Part shown: positions 1-14,320 of the stretch, piece after piece | Layout: every line of letters begins with the position of its first letter | Position numbering within the stretch: position 1 is the stretch's first letter | From: Hydrolagus affinis | Lineage: Eukaryota | DNA length: 64,000 nt | Assembly (NCBI GenBank): GCA_012026655.1 | Contig: JAAILG010000356.1 | Span: 1 to 64,000 of the forward strand | Direction of reading: 5' to 3' | Position numbers and translations under genes: made by a program | The notes under the pieces: generated by a model | The model's input: only the letters and a program-made list of their open reading frames with translations | The model's database searches: none | What the model was told of the DNA's origin: nothing

Positions 1-3000
1 TTCCCAGTAACTCCCCTATATTGCTGTAAGGAATGAATCCGCTCATCAATTAAAAAATTAAAAAGCATTTATTTTGCCTCACCCCACCAAACATAAGAGA
101 CTCTCACCTTGCTTTCGGTTAGATGTGCAAAACCTTAAATTGTCTTCTATGTGCAAAACCTTAAATCGTCCCTAGGCTCCACCACGATAAAGGGCCAGAC
201 TCAATACCTTTATCTCTATCAATGGAGGTGCTGTCACTGATCCAAACAACCATTATGGGGCAAAAGATTCAGGGTTAATCACTGTCTGGTTTCCCTCATT
301 ACGATCGTGGAATCTAGAAAGAGATGGGAGAGAGATCACATCAGATTATAAATGAGATTGTAGAATCTGTTCCTGTAATAACCCTTATTAAACCAAAGTC
401 ATTTTAAAAACATTCAATGAATCTGCACATTTGATGTAATGTGATGCACATGTTCTAGAGTTATCAATCGTTTCTCACTTCAAGAGTAAAGGGTCATCAT
501 TACGCTCTCTGAATTTATCAACAAGTTAATTACTATGCGTTCAGGCCTGGATAGATAATGGCTCATAGCTCTTCTTTTAAGCATTTTTAATTTATTTCTA
601 TGGGAGTGGCGAGGGGCATATTTTACACTCAAGCAACGTGACAGTTGCCAGGAACCAGAAAGGCTCGACATAGATTTATCAAGACTTCCAGTTATAAAAG
701 AAAACACTCACTAATTTTTCCAAAGCTTTGGGAAGATTAACATTCACTTCTAGGTGAGATACATGGCAGAGATATATTTGAACCAAGCATGGTAGAACTG
801 CGATTCGTGGTATGATGAGTTTTTGCTCCCATGATGGATGAAATACATCTCAGCAATCGGAGTTCGGCTTACAAGGGGTTAATTTTTGTTTGTCTCACAC
901 GTCCAGCATTCCCTTACTTTGCATTTCAATGTCCTGAATTTGCTGCAGCATTTTAAGACAACCCTTCCTTCCACACTGATTATGTTGAATTTAAAGTAAG
1001 CATCATTAGCAAAGTTTGCTTCAACAGTTATAGTTAATTTTAAGACAAAGTTAGCCAAATTGAACTCGCAAACCCACTACGGATCAAGTTATTGCTAATG
1101 GCTCCTCTTCCCAGATTTTTACATACATATATATATTTATGTTGTTTATTTTCCAGATGAATTAAATGAAATTTCATTACACTTGCTCAGTTAATGGCAT
1201 TTATTTATGGTAAGCTGTATGAGGCCACAGTGCCTTTTGCACCTGAGAGTGCTCTCCCACAGGGCAGCCGGTGCACAGAGGTAACATTTGGCCAGCTGCC
1301 CCCAAACGGCCTTCTGGGACCCTCAATCCAATTGAAGCATCTTAGCAAATGTGAATTTCAAGGTTACACCTGGGTGTTCAAGGGCAGTGCCAAGTGTAAT
1401 TGCCACTTAGATTGTGGATTAATCTGATTTGCGATCTATTAGGTTTGATTCTTCCTCTTTCCCCGAGCTAGGATTATTGTGATAGTTTAAGATAATGGAA
1501 TCTTATGGAGAAGGTCGTGTAGACATTCAGATTGAGGCACTGCAGATAATATGATTAATCTCAAAGCTCTTTCAGAAGGGTCACACCTTCATACATTTAA
1601 TTGGCGAAGAGCGGGCCAGGGAAAAGAAATAGCTAACTAACTCACTCCATTTCAGACAACTGGATAAAACCAACTTAATCCATCAAAAGGTTTCCCTGTG
1701 TACTCTTTACATATTTATTACAGCTAGTCCATTTCGCTCAGTGTTTTTTTTTCAGCTTCTCTCTAACATGTGTGATGTAATGTAAAACTGGTTCTTTTAA
1801 CCCCTTAAGGAGCAGACATGAGGGAATGCTAAACTCCACGTCTTAAAAACACTCGACCCAAAGCCGTGTGATTGTTGATATTCATGCACTGAATTCAACT
1901 GTGGATTATGAACAAATGCAGAGTGAGGTTTCAATGTGTTGCTTCTATAACTGTGCTATGTCATGCAGGAAAAGATGCAAAATATATAAATTATTTTTAC
2001 GTTGCTTTCTGCAATAATATTGTATCAAGTATCAATAGCAATCATGGAAATGAAAAGAAAAAAACACAGGGGCACCATACAACTTGCCATTTACCTATTC
2101 ATTAGGAGTGGAACAAGGGAAAACTATTTCTGATTTTATTGCAATGTAACAGGAATTCTTTTGCAATGTAACCGACATATCATGATGGTGCTGCACTATA
2201 AACATTTTTTGTCATGTAGAATCGTTCATTTCACATTGTAGACTGTATTGTAAACCTTACGGACTCTTAAATAAGAAATCCTATCACAATTCTCTTAAGC
2301 ATTAAAACTCCAATCCTGAAATGGGTTTACATCAAAACAGAGTTTCAGTGGGCCAATGTGGTATAATTCCAGTTCCAGTTGGAAGGAGTCCAAAATTGCC
2401 CAATACAAATTTCTTATTAGGCATACCACAAGTTAAATCCCATCATTACCTCCAATGGCAATGTGCAATAAATGAGTTTGATTAGGTGCCTTGTTTGTGT
2501 ATGTGTGCACTATATACACAAAACTGGGCAGTACAGTATATATAAGGTTATATAATTGGAAGTGTACACTGTGGGTCCACAATACATTATATAAAAATCA
2601 TGGAAAATTGCCTTACTCATTATCAGTTTATTACACCAATTCTCCCCCTCCCCCTCTCCACCCACCTCACCATACCCCCATTTCACAAAAAGAAGCAATG
2701 TTCTAGCCCATAAATGAAACATTAATAAGTTCAATCACCTTCTTCGTTGCTCATCTTTAATTATCTTTTATTTTCAATGACCTCTTAAAAATAGAATAGA
2801 TGGAAAGGAGATCAGATCATAGATCATTTTATCAATAGCAAATGGGGGAAAAAAAAGCCTGTGACAGAAGCACTGCTTCAGACCTCAAAGGTTAGGGCAT
2901 TTCAACGATTAAAAGTAAACAATGAGATTTTAATCGCATGTCAAGTCTTTCTACATTACATAACATTGGAGTCTGCTGTGGCGCGTGGCACTATTCCTAT

Positions 3001-4989
3001 AGCTTTAAACAGTGATCTTGGGGTGAATTGGAGTGCCTACATTCAGATTTAGGTCATTTCAAGCTTTGTATTATCAACTACTAGATGAAATAAATTGGAA
3101 TAAACAAATATCAAATAAATAATGACAAATTCATTAATGAAAATATGGTGTGGCGCCGAAGGGCAAATAATATAACTTTGAACAAATAAATATTATGAAT
3201 TTATAGATCTCTAAATAATTTCTTCTTTTTGGTTCAATCCCTTCATGACTGTTTATGCTTCTGACCTGTCACATTCTAAACTGGATAGTTTGATAATTTT
3301 TTTATTACAATTTACAGGAGATGAAAATCAATACATTGTACAAGAAAAAAACCGACATTGATATCAAGTGCTGGGGTTTGATTATTATGAGGAAACTCTC
3401 AGTAGAAATCTGGATATGATAGAAAATCATTAAATAGGGCACTACTCTTAAATTACATGGAGAAATACACACCGGGGGAAACTTGCTTGCTATGGTACCT
3501 TTACCGTCTATCTGAATAGGCAATATGGGGACCTTAGTTTCATATCTGATCTGAGGATGGCAACACTGACAATTCCCTCCCACCACCCACCCCAGCGCTG
3601 CACTGGAAGATCACACTAGTTCTCCTTAAAGCTTTTGTTTGAAGCCAATCAATTACAAGCAGTTCAGTCTTAGTTCAGGTTTGTTCTTATTCCACCTTTG
3701 CTTTGCCATTTGTCTATCCCATACCAATTTGTACATTTATTGAAATGTTCTTGTGTTCAAATCGCATAATACAGTGCTTGTAAATGCTAGACTCTGAGCA
3801 TACATGTTTTTGAATTGTTGTGGTGTCAAGTCATTTTCAGGTTATAGTAAAACTACCAGAGGGATTTTCTCTAAGATTGGTTTATTTGTGGTCCAGAGAT
3901 TTGTGCCCTCGTGATTGGCAGTTACCAAACACAGAGCTTGGGCTAATGCGAACTCCTTATATTACATATGTTTAGTCAGATCCCTGGCTTTCATTCTGTA
4001 GGAAATTACATCTTTTAGAGCCTGCATTTTCAATTTGTTTGGACACAGGAGGGTCAAGTCTCCAACCCCTTAAGGATGTTTAGATCTTCTGCATTCAACC
4101 CATAACCGCTAAAAAGTATGACATTTTCAAGATCTGCAATTAACCCTTTTGGCAAACGTAACCCTATTATCACAAAGCAAATATGTATTAAATATTAATC
4201 ATTCCCTACATATTTGTCATGCTTTAATCCAGCATAAATGTTGTACAGAATTAAACCCCTGAAAAACTTTTATCATTGTGTTAATTATAAATATTTTCAA
4301 GGGTTTCTTTATTGCATTATCTGCATGGGAGACACAGTAACATGATGTGAAGCAGGGTTTTTTTTAAAAAAAAATCAGTGAAACAACCTGTGGTACTCAA
4401 CACCTCAATAAGAGTTTATATATAAATGGACTGTGTTCAAATGAGCCAGGCTGATAAGCATGTTCAACTTCCAGCTCTGTTTTGAACTATTCACGATAAT
4501 GTTTGCAGAGGCATTTGAATAATTTACTTCAACTAAACACACACCCAAACATAATTCCAAACTAATTGTAGTGTTTCTTTACCCCCAAAGCACATCCAAT
4601 TCACCCTCATTGCAACAAAAATCTCTGATTCAAGCAGGTTTGCTCATTCTCCATAATATATCATTGAGCACATTTTGTCTCACTGCTATTCTACATTTAA
4701 GGTAAGCAAGGCATTTCGGAAAATTAATCACTTTTTCCATAGAGCATTTGCAAGTGTTGACTGATACAGCATGTATTTTTTCCCCTTCAGACTGAAGTTC
4801 AAAAGAATTGAGTAAATGGGCTGGGCCACACATATTTTTAAAAATTATGTCTTTTTGTTTGTAGCCTGAGAAAACAAACGGATTTTCACATGACACTTAC
4901 TGGCAAAATAGTTATCAGAATTCAGTTTTTGAACTTTCCCTAGCCTTGCTTATTTATATGCCAGGTCCAGAAGTAGCAAGTGGCTTTTC

Positions 4990-5138
4990 ATAATAATAAT
5001 AATAATCATTGCTTTTGATACAGAACCTTATCACATCACTGAGACGTCTCAAAGTGCTTCACAGTAAATTCTGTAAAGTGAATTGCCTGTGAATTTCGTG
5101 GCCGGAACGCGGCTGCCAATTACACACTGCAGTGTGCC
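4990..5138 (-). mobile_element. 5'-truncated SINE (3' half, L2-type tail)
   Basis: (TAA)n, then reverse complement of the tail of the full copy at 45775-46084 (gagacgtctcaaagtgcttcacagtaaattctgtaaagtgaattg). Confidence 0.8.
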
Positions 5139-6784
5139 AGTGTTATAATAGTGTGGAAGAGGAGCTTTAATCTAAAATATTCAGCAAACGGAAACATTGA
5201 TGTCTAAGAGCAAGCTAATAAGGTCTGAACCGTGCCCTGGTGCATTTGAAATCAGAATAAAATCAGCCACAATGAGCACAAGAAACCGCAAGCGCTGAAT
5301 TTCGTTCAGCACGAGAAGAAGATGCCTTTGACTTTAGCAAAGCATGCAAAGAAAATCAGTCTTGATGAATGGAAGGAAGAATTATTAAAAGCAAAACTGA
5401 AGAATGGCTTTCTACATGATGTGAACAGAAATAATAATGTTCTAGCTGCAAAGAAAAATGGTGTGAACGCTTCTGATAGATCATTTTTTGGGGGAAAAAA
5501 AATTGGAGATCAAAAATCATTTTGGCAGCTCAAAATTGAATTTGTAGTGAAAGGATTGGCAGGCCAGTCAAAAAACTATTTCATGGCCTGCCATTCAGTC
5601 AATTTAATGGGACATGCATGAATCTTTTTACTAACAAACATGAGTGACAACTCAAGGGTTTTGGAAATAAAGTGCAAAATATTTTTGTTTTCACTGATAT
5701 TTTCTGGCCGTAAAGCAAACTTATGATCACATATTCACGTCTTTGCCAATACCTGAATGTAACTTTATTTCACTCACAAAAATCTGTTAAATAATACTTA
5801 AATTTATCTTAGTTTACTAGCAGCCAAAGCATCCCATGCCTGAACAGCTGATAATTGGACCAACATTTGAAGAACTCTGACTGTGTCGTACCTATATAGC
5901 CAACACTTGCAATCAAGCATAAAGCCCCATTAATTGGAGCTTAACTGCAATGTGAAGTAACAGGGAGTGCGAAACAAGTCACTCCTGAGGCTCAGTTTCC
6001 TGTTCAAGGGAAGGATTCCATTGCGAACGGGCTAATACCCCATTTTAGTCAGGAAACAGCAGTGCAATAAAATCACTGTTTCCTGCTCGACCAACACACA
6101 GAGAAGTGACAATTTCTGTCTGTTTTCTGTTGCAAAGAATGAATGTTCCACCCACCTTATATACAATGCTCAGGTTTTGTTTCTAGTCTGAAAGTCATTA
6201 CATTTCTTGTAATTTAATTATGTGCACCGTAATATACATTGATGTTCTGTTAGCTAAATAATTATTTACATTGGAATGAAAGTGATACCTTTTTAATACC
6301 AATCAATACTGATTCAGTAAAGGCAAGATTAGAAGCCCATTCAAGCTTTCCCCCCACCTCCTCTATTTTCTTTAAATTGAACCTATATTTTATAACTAGC
6401 CAGAGTCATATATTTTTAAGTATCTTGGCCATTCTTTAGGATTGTATTTTGAGAGATAAGGTACAATTATCTAAATTGTCTTAAGATCAATAAATTATAG
6501 CACATTTTTCATTCAACTTTTTTTTGAGAACTATAGTAACATTTAGCATGAAAATGACAAAGACTTAATTTGACTTTTATTCTTGAAATATTAAAAAGTG
6601 AAGAATCATGGTCTTAATATATTTTTGTAATTCCAATATTTATGTATGATTTCTGCTCTTTGCATGCTCCAAACATAACACAGTAATCGGCAGGGCTAAG
6701 AGCAAATGGGGAAAGTGAGACCAAAATTATTCACTGTTAAAATATCAAGATCTACCTCGTTGAACGTGCTTTCTGTCATCTTTT

Positions 6785-6886
6785 CCATCCCTCCTCCCAA
6801 TCGGGTACCAAGCTAAGACTGTCAGCACCTTGGGACGTCCTTCTGACTTGAAAAACGCTACATAAATGTAAATTTGTACTGTGTTG
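6785..6886 (+). mobile_element. L2 LINE 3' end remnant
   Basis: ccttgggacgtccttctgacttgaaaaacgctacataaatgtaaatttgt matches the tail of the L2 copy at 61906-62140. Confidence 0.7.
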
Positions 6887-8805
6887 CAATGCCTAGAGTC
6901 CCTTGTTTTCATCAGCAACATTTAGCTAATGGAGTATGTTAGCAATAGCTACTCAGACTCAGAAAGTGTATTGGAAGAATTCAAAAATGAGAGAGACCAG
7001 GAAATGGCTGAAAGTTGTATCAGAAGATATCCACAAATCAAATCTCTCTGGTAAACAACGGGATGGGTTTATGGCCTGTGATTTAATTGGCATGAAGTCA
7101 GGGTCAAATCTGAAATCACCATCCTCTCCTGAAGCTCACTAACAAAGTGAAGTGATGGCTCATCTCCAATTTTCCATTTTCTCCGTTGAGAAGCAAATAA
7201 AATTGCTCTAGTGAGGCGCAATTTGGATCCAATTCTTTTGATAAGCCTGGATTTGTGCTCAGCCCAGCAAAATAATGGTGTCACTAACTCAGCAACAATG
7301 ATAAATACATTTGCTTTAAATAATGAGCCCTAAAATGTTAGTACAACAGCTGCACTCGGTTAATCATATATCAATCCCTACTTATCTATAAATCCTGTTT
7401 GGTGTCGTGTTTGTGACATATTATGCATTTTACATTAGGTGGAGCACATGGGGTCAAACAGGTAGCACTTAAGGTGTTTCTAAGGCTCTAGCAATGAATT
7501 TTGTAAAGTTCTCCTGTCCTGCTATGCATAAATGAGCAAAACTTCTCTCTCTAAAATTCATTGTCCTAATGTAATACAGTGAAAGAATTGACAAATGTAA
7601 CAAAAAAAGTATGTTATTGGAAGGAATTGCAATATACAAAGATTACAGGAAACATTGTATAATAAAAATATTTCACCTTTTGAATAGTTATTGCTTTATA
7701 TTAGTTCTGGCTGTATATTGCAGCGTTTCTCAATTATTCTTAGGATGCCACCTCCATTTACACTGAAATCGGGAAAGACAACTGCTTCTGCAAATATAGC
7801 TCGCAGGGAATCCTCTACATATCAAATCACCTGCATTTCCCAGTGTATAAAACTTTAAGTGAGGCATTAATGAAATGCAAAGCTTTCTATAAGACCTGGG
7901 CAAGCCATCCCATCAAATCATCTGAAATATTTATTCTGTCTCCTGAATAATTGATAGAAGCATCAACTCTCCTGGTCAATTGATTTATTAAGGACTATTT
8001 GGAATTAAACAGCTTAAAGATATTAGATTTAGCATTGACCTTGCCTTGTTAGCATATTCATTTACCTACAGGAGCCACATTAGATATTGTTAATACATGA
8101 CGTACCAGTCATGGCCTAGATCTTCTAAAATTACATTACCAATGCTTTGTGTGCTGCAGAACAGCCGAATTGATTGAGTGCTTAGTTTGTTCTAATTAGA
8201 TTTAGGCTGAAAGAGTCCTAATTTTTATGCTTCGCGTGATAAACCAGAAATGTCATCACTGTGGTATTAAATCTATGGACACACAGCACTAGGGGAACAG
8301 AGGGATTTTCTTATTTTATTATTATTGAAGACTTCACAGCGAGCTAACCCGACAGAGCTAATGTATTGTAAACTTCAGTGACATTTCTTTCTGAAGGTGC
8401 TTAAAGCTTAATATAAGAGTTCTCCTGATGTTTTGTCACCTTAATGAAATTCCACTTAAAGCTTTGATTCTCTGCTTTTTTTTGTGCTTTACACAGTAAA
8501 TGATCATTACTAACATGCTGAAAAAAGGATAGATTGCCTCCATAGCAAACACATAGCACCTCAGCACCTCAGCCAGTATTTAATTAAAGGATATTAAAAT
8601 TGCGGAAACACTGATCAGGAGCAAGAATGCGCATTGTTGACAAAGATCCTGCTGATCTGAATTGAATTTTGATCCTAAATTTAACCTATTAATGAAAAGT
8701 CAATTATAGAAAAACAACACTGCATTATTGTGGCAGGTGTGCATTGCAATCCAAGTGTATTTATACTAACGGAGGAGAAGAGACCACACTATTAAAAATC
8801 ATACT

Positions 8806-8985
8806 TCTGTCCATTGGGTGAGGCATTAACCCGAAGTCTACCTATTCAGTTGGACATTATAGATCCCATTGCACCACTTGAAAAGAAAAGAGGATCTCCG
8901 CCAGTGTCCTGACCAGCAATACTCCAGGTAAAATTGTGGGTCACTTCATTGATGTTTGTGGGAGCTCGCTCTGTACATATTGAAC
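8806..8985 (+). mobile_element. Deu-domain SINE fragment
   Basis: gacattatagatcccattgcacc...ccagtgtcctgacca matches the Deu core (AAAGATCCCATGGCAC...GGTGTCCTGGCCAA) and the copy at 25481-25785. Confidence 0.7.
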
Positions 8986-10214
8986 ATAGTGCATTTCAAA
9001 TCGAAGGGTTCTTATCACCAAGCAATGGAGTCTTTAAGAGCAATGAGATTCACTGCCTCCAGTACAAACACATTGATTGGAAATTGCACTGAGCCTCCAA
9101 ATGCTCTGGTCTGTAAAAGGGTCTTGAAGCTTCCATTGAACGACCCAAAGACTTTCAACGGCCCATTTCTTGATATTATTTAAAGAGTCGATTGTGCTTT
9201 CAGTAGTACAAACACAACACAAGACTTTAATTTAACCTCAAGGTTCAAATGATATCCATAAACCATTTGCACTTCATTTTCATGGCTTATGATGTCATCT
9301 TAACCCCTTGATTAAATTACAGTTGTCTTACTCATTCCTAAACAGCCATAACTCTCGATATTATATACGATTGCTCTACTTCTCGTAGGTGTGCACCAAC
9401 AAGGTTTAACTCTAAACGTCTAAGACATGATATTAAACATTGATATTAGTTTAGTGAAAATGTTCCACTGAAATATTCAGCTTTTTATTAACCCTGTAGC
9501 AGTAGTACCTCAACAATTCATCATGGCAAACTGTTATTAGAATTTTTATTACCTCAGCCGCTTGAAAGCTGACACAAGCTGGTTTGCAACATTGAAAAAT
9601 AAATAAGACAGAAATAAATAAAACACCTTGTACATAGCACGTCAGTATGTCTCATTTCTCAGGCTGCTACTTTTTCTAAAATAATACACGCTCTATTTAA
9701 ATGAATTCATCCGAGTTTAATTTGCAAGTGGTAGCCCATCCTCCCGACAAATGTCCTGTCCAAGAAACTGAAGAGCTCCAATAATTCTGCAATGCTTCTA
9801 TTATGGGTACTCAGGATTGAGGAAAATTGGTTCTAAGTATCAGATTTTAAAGTTAATTGTACTTTTAAACTTGGGCAATGTTATGCATTATGATACGAAA
9901 TTAAAGCACAAATATATGAACACAGATTTATCAGTGTTTTGTGCTATTACAATGCTGATAAATATTTTTGCACGACATCCAAATGTTGGATTGCACATGT
10001 GATATGCTGTTTGCAGCATATCACTACTTCCATCAATACTCATAATGCATTCTGGAGCTCAGGTGATGACTCTCAAGAGCACATTCGGGTAATGGCTCAT
10101 GGTAGAGAGGGGTTACTGTTGTTAGTGCAAGATAAAACTCCTTCAATGGCTCTGTTGATAAAGTATGAATTTGGCTGAGTTAACCAATCTCAGCCCTGGT
10201 TCATACATTGCAAA

Positions 10215-10300
10215 TGTGTGGAGAAAGGAAATGTACCCAAACTTTTGTCCTGCCAGGAATCAAACCCAGGTCTCTCACTTGTGAGGCAAGTGCTCAGCTA
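10215..10300 (-). mobile_element. tRNA-derived SINE head
   Basis: Minus strand reads gagcacttgcctcacaagtgagagacctgggtttgattcctggcaggacaaaagtttgggtacatttcctttctccacac, homologous to 45780-45872; CTCACAA anticodon-loop-like motif and B-box-like GTTTGATTC. Confidence 0.75.
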
Positions 10301-10462
10301 CAGTAGTGCACAATAGATGAAGCATGGCTCCTTGAGCAAGGTACCCGATGCTGGTTAACAACCAGAGATCTGTTGCTCAGTGTAAGTCGATGTCATCAGG
10401 AGGGGGAAACTGGAAGAGGATAAGATGAAAGAGAAATCCCTTTGTTCTTCTACTTATGTTCT

Positions 10463-10690
10463 CTAATAATAACATTTGCATTTGGTAGAATGCCTTATCA
10501 CTTCTTTGTGATGCCCCAAAGTGCAGCGTATTTTCATGGCAAACGCAGCAGCTAATTTGCACACAGCAATTAAGTGAATGACTAATTTTATCTTAGGGAT
10601 TGTTGGCCAGGTAACTGGGAGAAATTCAGTTGTTTTTCCAAATTGTGCCATGGGATCTTTAAAGTCCACCTGAACAGGTAGATGGGAACC
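10463..10690 (-). mobile_element. Deu-domain SINE, 5'-truncated
   Basis: Tail (taataataacatttgcatttg) plus gtgccatgggatctttaaagtccacctgaacagg, the reverse complement of the Deu core. Confidence 0.8.
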
Positions 10691-13600
10691 ACTTAGGCAA
10701 CTGCAGGTGAAAGGGTCCTTCAATGACCAAGTCAGTTGAGTTGTGTTGAATACTTAGAGACAGTTGAACTCCTTACATCTTATTTACCCATGCAGAATAG
10801 CACATCCATCTTACTTAAATGTTAATGGATCTTTAGCAAACAGTAAAACCGAGTTATGTAGGCTCACTTGAATCCCACCATAAAAATAAATGACAGCTGT
10901 GGACCGTCTAGAAAGGTAAAGCAGTATGCACGATGATAAGACATCTGTAGCACATCAAACTGTTTATATGCACAACAGCCTGTGCTGTAAAATATTTACT
11001 CCGTGTTGACCAGGTGCAGCAGAATGTTATCAGAAAGAATGTTTACATGGATTTTTAATGCAGAAAATATTTTTCTTCTTTCAGAATAATAGGTTGACAT
11101 ATTTGAAGTATATAAACCTTCCTCCACCACAGCTGTTAATAAATGTTAACACACAAATGCCCCCCACCCCCTACCCCAAAAAAAATCAGGTCATTTAGAG
11201 CATTTCTTATTTCCAACCACAGATGCGGGAACCAGATCACAACTCATGACTTCCGTTCTGAATATCGAGGTTTTAATTAAACCTTTTCAAGTCAAACTCC
11301 TTCCAAAATGCCTTCTGGTCTTCATAGAGTGAGTCTCCCGTCATGACATTGGGCTGTAATTGGAAACTCTCTTTCACTGTAGGTTAAAAAAAACTGTAGG
11401 ATTTGCAAAGTGGCATGTTTTCGGGGAGAACTTGATTTTTGTTTGGTCGTAAACATTTTTGACCTTTCCTGGGTTACTGAAAAATGTTGATGTTGCATCA
11501 CTATGCTTAATAGCTTCCAAACAAAACTCCTGTATTAAATATTCTATGAATTGGCTGGTAATGAAGTGTGTACCCTCTAGAGACAGGTTCAAGATACTCT
11601 TCTATAAGACAACTCACAAATACCAAGCACCTTGATGTTCCAGTGATCCAAATTTCAAAGCTACATACATATTCCCAACCTGTTTAATTCAGATCCACAT
11701 CTAAGGGGTTCTTGGCAAAGAGATGTGCCCTATATCAAGTCAACTCCACCTCTAGGATCCTGAATGATATGTCAGTGTAGGCTGTAGTTCTGCTTCCCTG
11801 CAACCCTTTTCACCAGCACAACCACCCCCCTTAGTTTGGTCATACATCTCACAACTGGGCTGTAAGAAACCCTTTTGGTTCATGTCCAGGATCTCCAATC
11901 ATGAAAGTGAACTGTTTGGACACACATCCTTTATGCTACATATTAGCCAGTGGAACTTTGCCATCAATGAAGAGAGGAGAGAAAGAATGAAGTGCCCTTT
12001 GCCTCTTTTCAGTGTGGTACTTAAGGAGTGTCCAAGAAAACATAAGTGTCTTTCATAATCCTTCAGTCCTGTGTACCTATGGGAACTCCTTGCACCATGG
12101 ATAACAGTATCCATATCAGAGCTCAAGTGAATGGCTCTATGTATCCCTTTCCCAAGACAGAATAAAATAAACATCAGTATGAGGCTTGGATAAATATGGG
12201 AAGTGGCATAGGGGCTATGACAAAAAAACTGTTTATTTAAAAATACTGGCATTGATGCATTTAATTGTTTTTCTCTAGGATAATATTCGCTCTCAGTATT
12301 GAGAAAAATGCTTATTTTTATATTGATGTTCTTCAAGGACAGGCCTTGGATCCTGAGGATCTAAATGGTTTTGTTCCTCTGGGGAGAGGTTACTACCTTC
12401 CTGTGCAAATCTTGGCACTCTATGTGTTTGCGTGTGCGATTACCGTATGTATTGCAGTTACCTGTTTGGTCCATATTCTCAAACTCTTCCTAGAAGCAGA
12501 ATAATCTAGCATGGGATTGATCAAACCAGTGTAGAATAACTAGGACAGGTTGAAATTGACATTCTTATACATCATATAATGTATATAATCATAACCTTAC
12601 AGAGCCCTTTTTAAAAAAAAGCTGGTATTATGCAAATGATTTAAATTGGCCCCACTAACAAAGCATGCCTTTGTTGTTTTAGTAGTAATGCCTGTGTGAT
12701 CAGTGCAGACAGCCGTTAAGCAAATGAAGAGGGAAGTAACATCGTCAGAGAAAAGGATCAGACTGTTCCAGCTGACACTATCCTAATCTTCTAGGACCCA
12801 TTAAAATGCAGTTTGAAAGCATTACCTACAATAACATCCTTGAATATCACTGGTTTTATTTGCAGTATCAAGCATTTCATTTCATGCACCATTAATGACG
12901 AGATCAGAGTTTCAAAGCAGCTAAACATTTCAACAACTACCTGGACTAAATAGACAATTAACTTCTTAGACAAAACGGCCAATTAACCGCAAAGGTAAGG
13001 CTGTCGCCCTCCACTTAAATTAAATTTCTTCGCTAACGGCAGTTTGTCTCAGCTCAACCATTAAGGGTATTTAGACAACCACAAAAATGTGTTAAGCAGA
13101 ATTAGGAGAAAAGGGGAATTAAAAAGGACAGAGGGAAATCTGCAAATGCACTCTATTTGGGATTTCATTCTTTATTCTGCGCTTGTAAAATTTTTTTGGG
13201 GGGAGGGGAGTAATCATTCTGATGCATCCAATTGTTGCTCACCATTATTAGAATTAATGAACTGCTCAAAAAACATTGCAGGTACATTTTGTTAATTTCT
13301 ATTTTGTATTCGATTCCAAAATTTCTAAAGTATATCAATTCTCTTTATGGCTGCCCTAAAATATGCTGGAGATCTTCAACAAGGATTTCAACATTGTCTA
13401 AAACTATAAATCAGTGTTGACTCAAAGAAAATAATATTTTATCCTATATTCTCGCCATCAGACTCTTAAACAATTTCATTTCGAGATTGCTTCCTGCAAC
13501 TTCAAAATGGAATCTGTGTTTGTCCTCTGTACAGTGCATGTATCACAAGTAGCACTTTCTATACTGTGAAACTGAGCTAAAGCAAATAGCTACAGGAAAT

Positions 13601-14242
13601 ACTAATAAGAACCATGTTAAGTCAATATTTGTTGAAACTTTTGTCCTCCTCCTAACCATAATAACTGCCCAATATGCTTTCTTTTTCCAATTTACAGGAC
13701 GTATGCAACCCCCCCAATTTTAATGTTCACTCTCTACATCCAGCAGCCCATTTCCAACTTGACCTTTCCTCTCCAAAGTGCTGGGATGCCTCGATGATAT
13801 TCCACCTGGCTCCCACTTTCCTTACATTTTCCCTGCTTGAGCCCCTCCAGTCCAGTCTTCCAATTTATATAAATGCAAGTTGTAATATTGTTTCATGAAA
13901 AGTTTCTCATGAAGTTAACAAAGAAACAAAAACAGAAAAAGAATTCAAAATTTGCAAGTTTTATTCTTTGAAAACGAATAACAATCAAATTAACGCTTGC
14001 CAACTGCTTATTGAGCCATTGATGTTAAATGGGAGAAATCTAAGCCTCTTGTTCTAGTCATACATCAAGGATATGACCTCACATATCAGACTGTAAATTA
14101 CAATTAACTTAAAACATGCAATGTGAAATATTTAAAAATTTAGCTTTCTTAACTTTTTAATAAATTATTTCCTCAGTACATTTTTGAATGAAATAAAGAC
14201 ATCTTGGAAGTGCACAGGACTATATCTTACTGATTATTATTA

Positions 14243-14320
14243 ACTGTGCTTTGGGACGTCCTCCTGACATGGAAGTCGCAAAACAAATGCAATTTTGTAT
14301 TGTAATTTTTGTATTGTAAC
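14243..14320 (+). mobile_element. L2/SINE 3' tail remnant
   Basis: gctttgggacgtcctcctgacatggaagtcgc...aaatgcaattttgtattgta. Confidence 0.65.

Noticed and set aside
873-1806. piggyBac-like ends AAGGGGTTAA and TTAACCCCTT
   Set aside because: They face outward and so do not enclose an element; only 10 bp match.
5322-5621. Lys-rich 99-aa ORF, possible transposase remnant
   Set aside because: A-rich sequence explains the composition; no catalytic motif, TIRs or convincing splice structure.
11899-12336. Longest ORF (145 aa), and a + strand KCPLPLFSVVLKECP motif vaguely like Crypton/ZMYM CP...CP
   Set aside because: No recognisable domain, composition typical of non-coding DNA, and the flanking Crypton motifs are absent.
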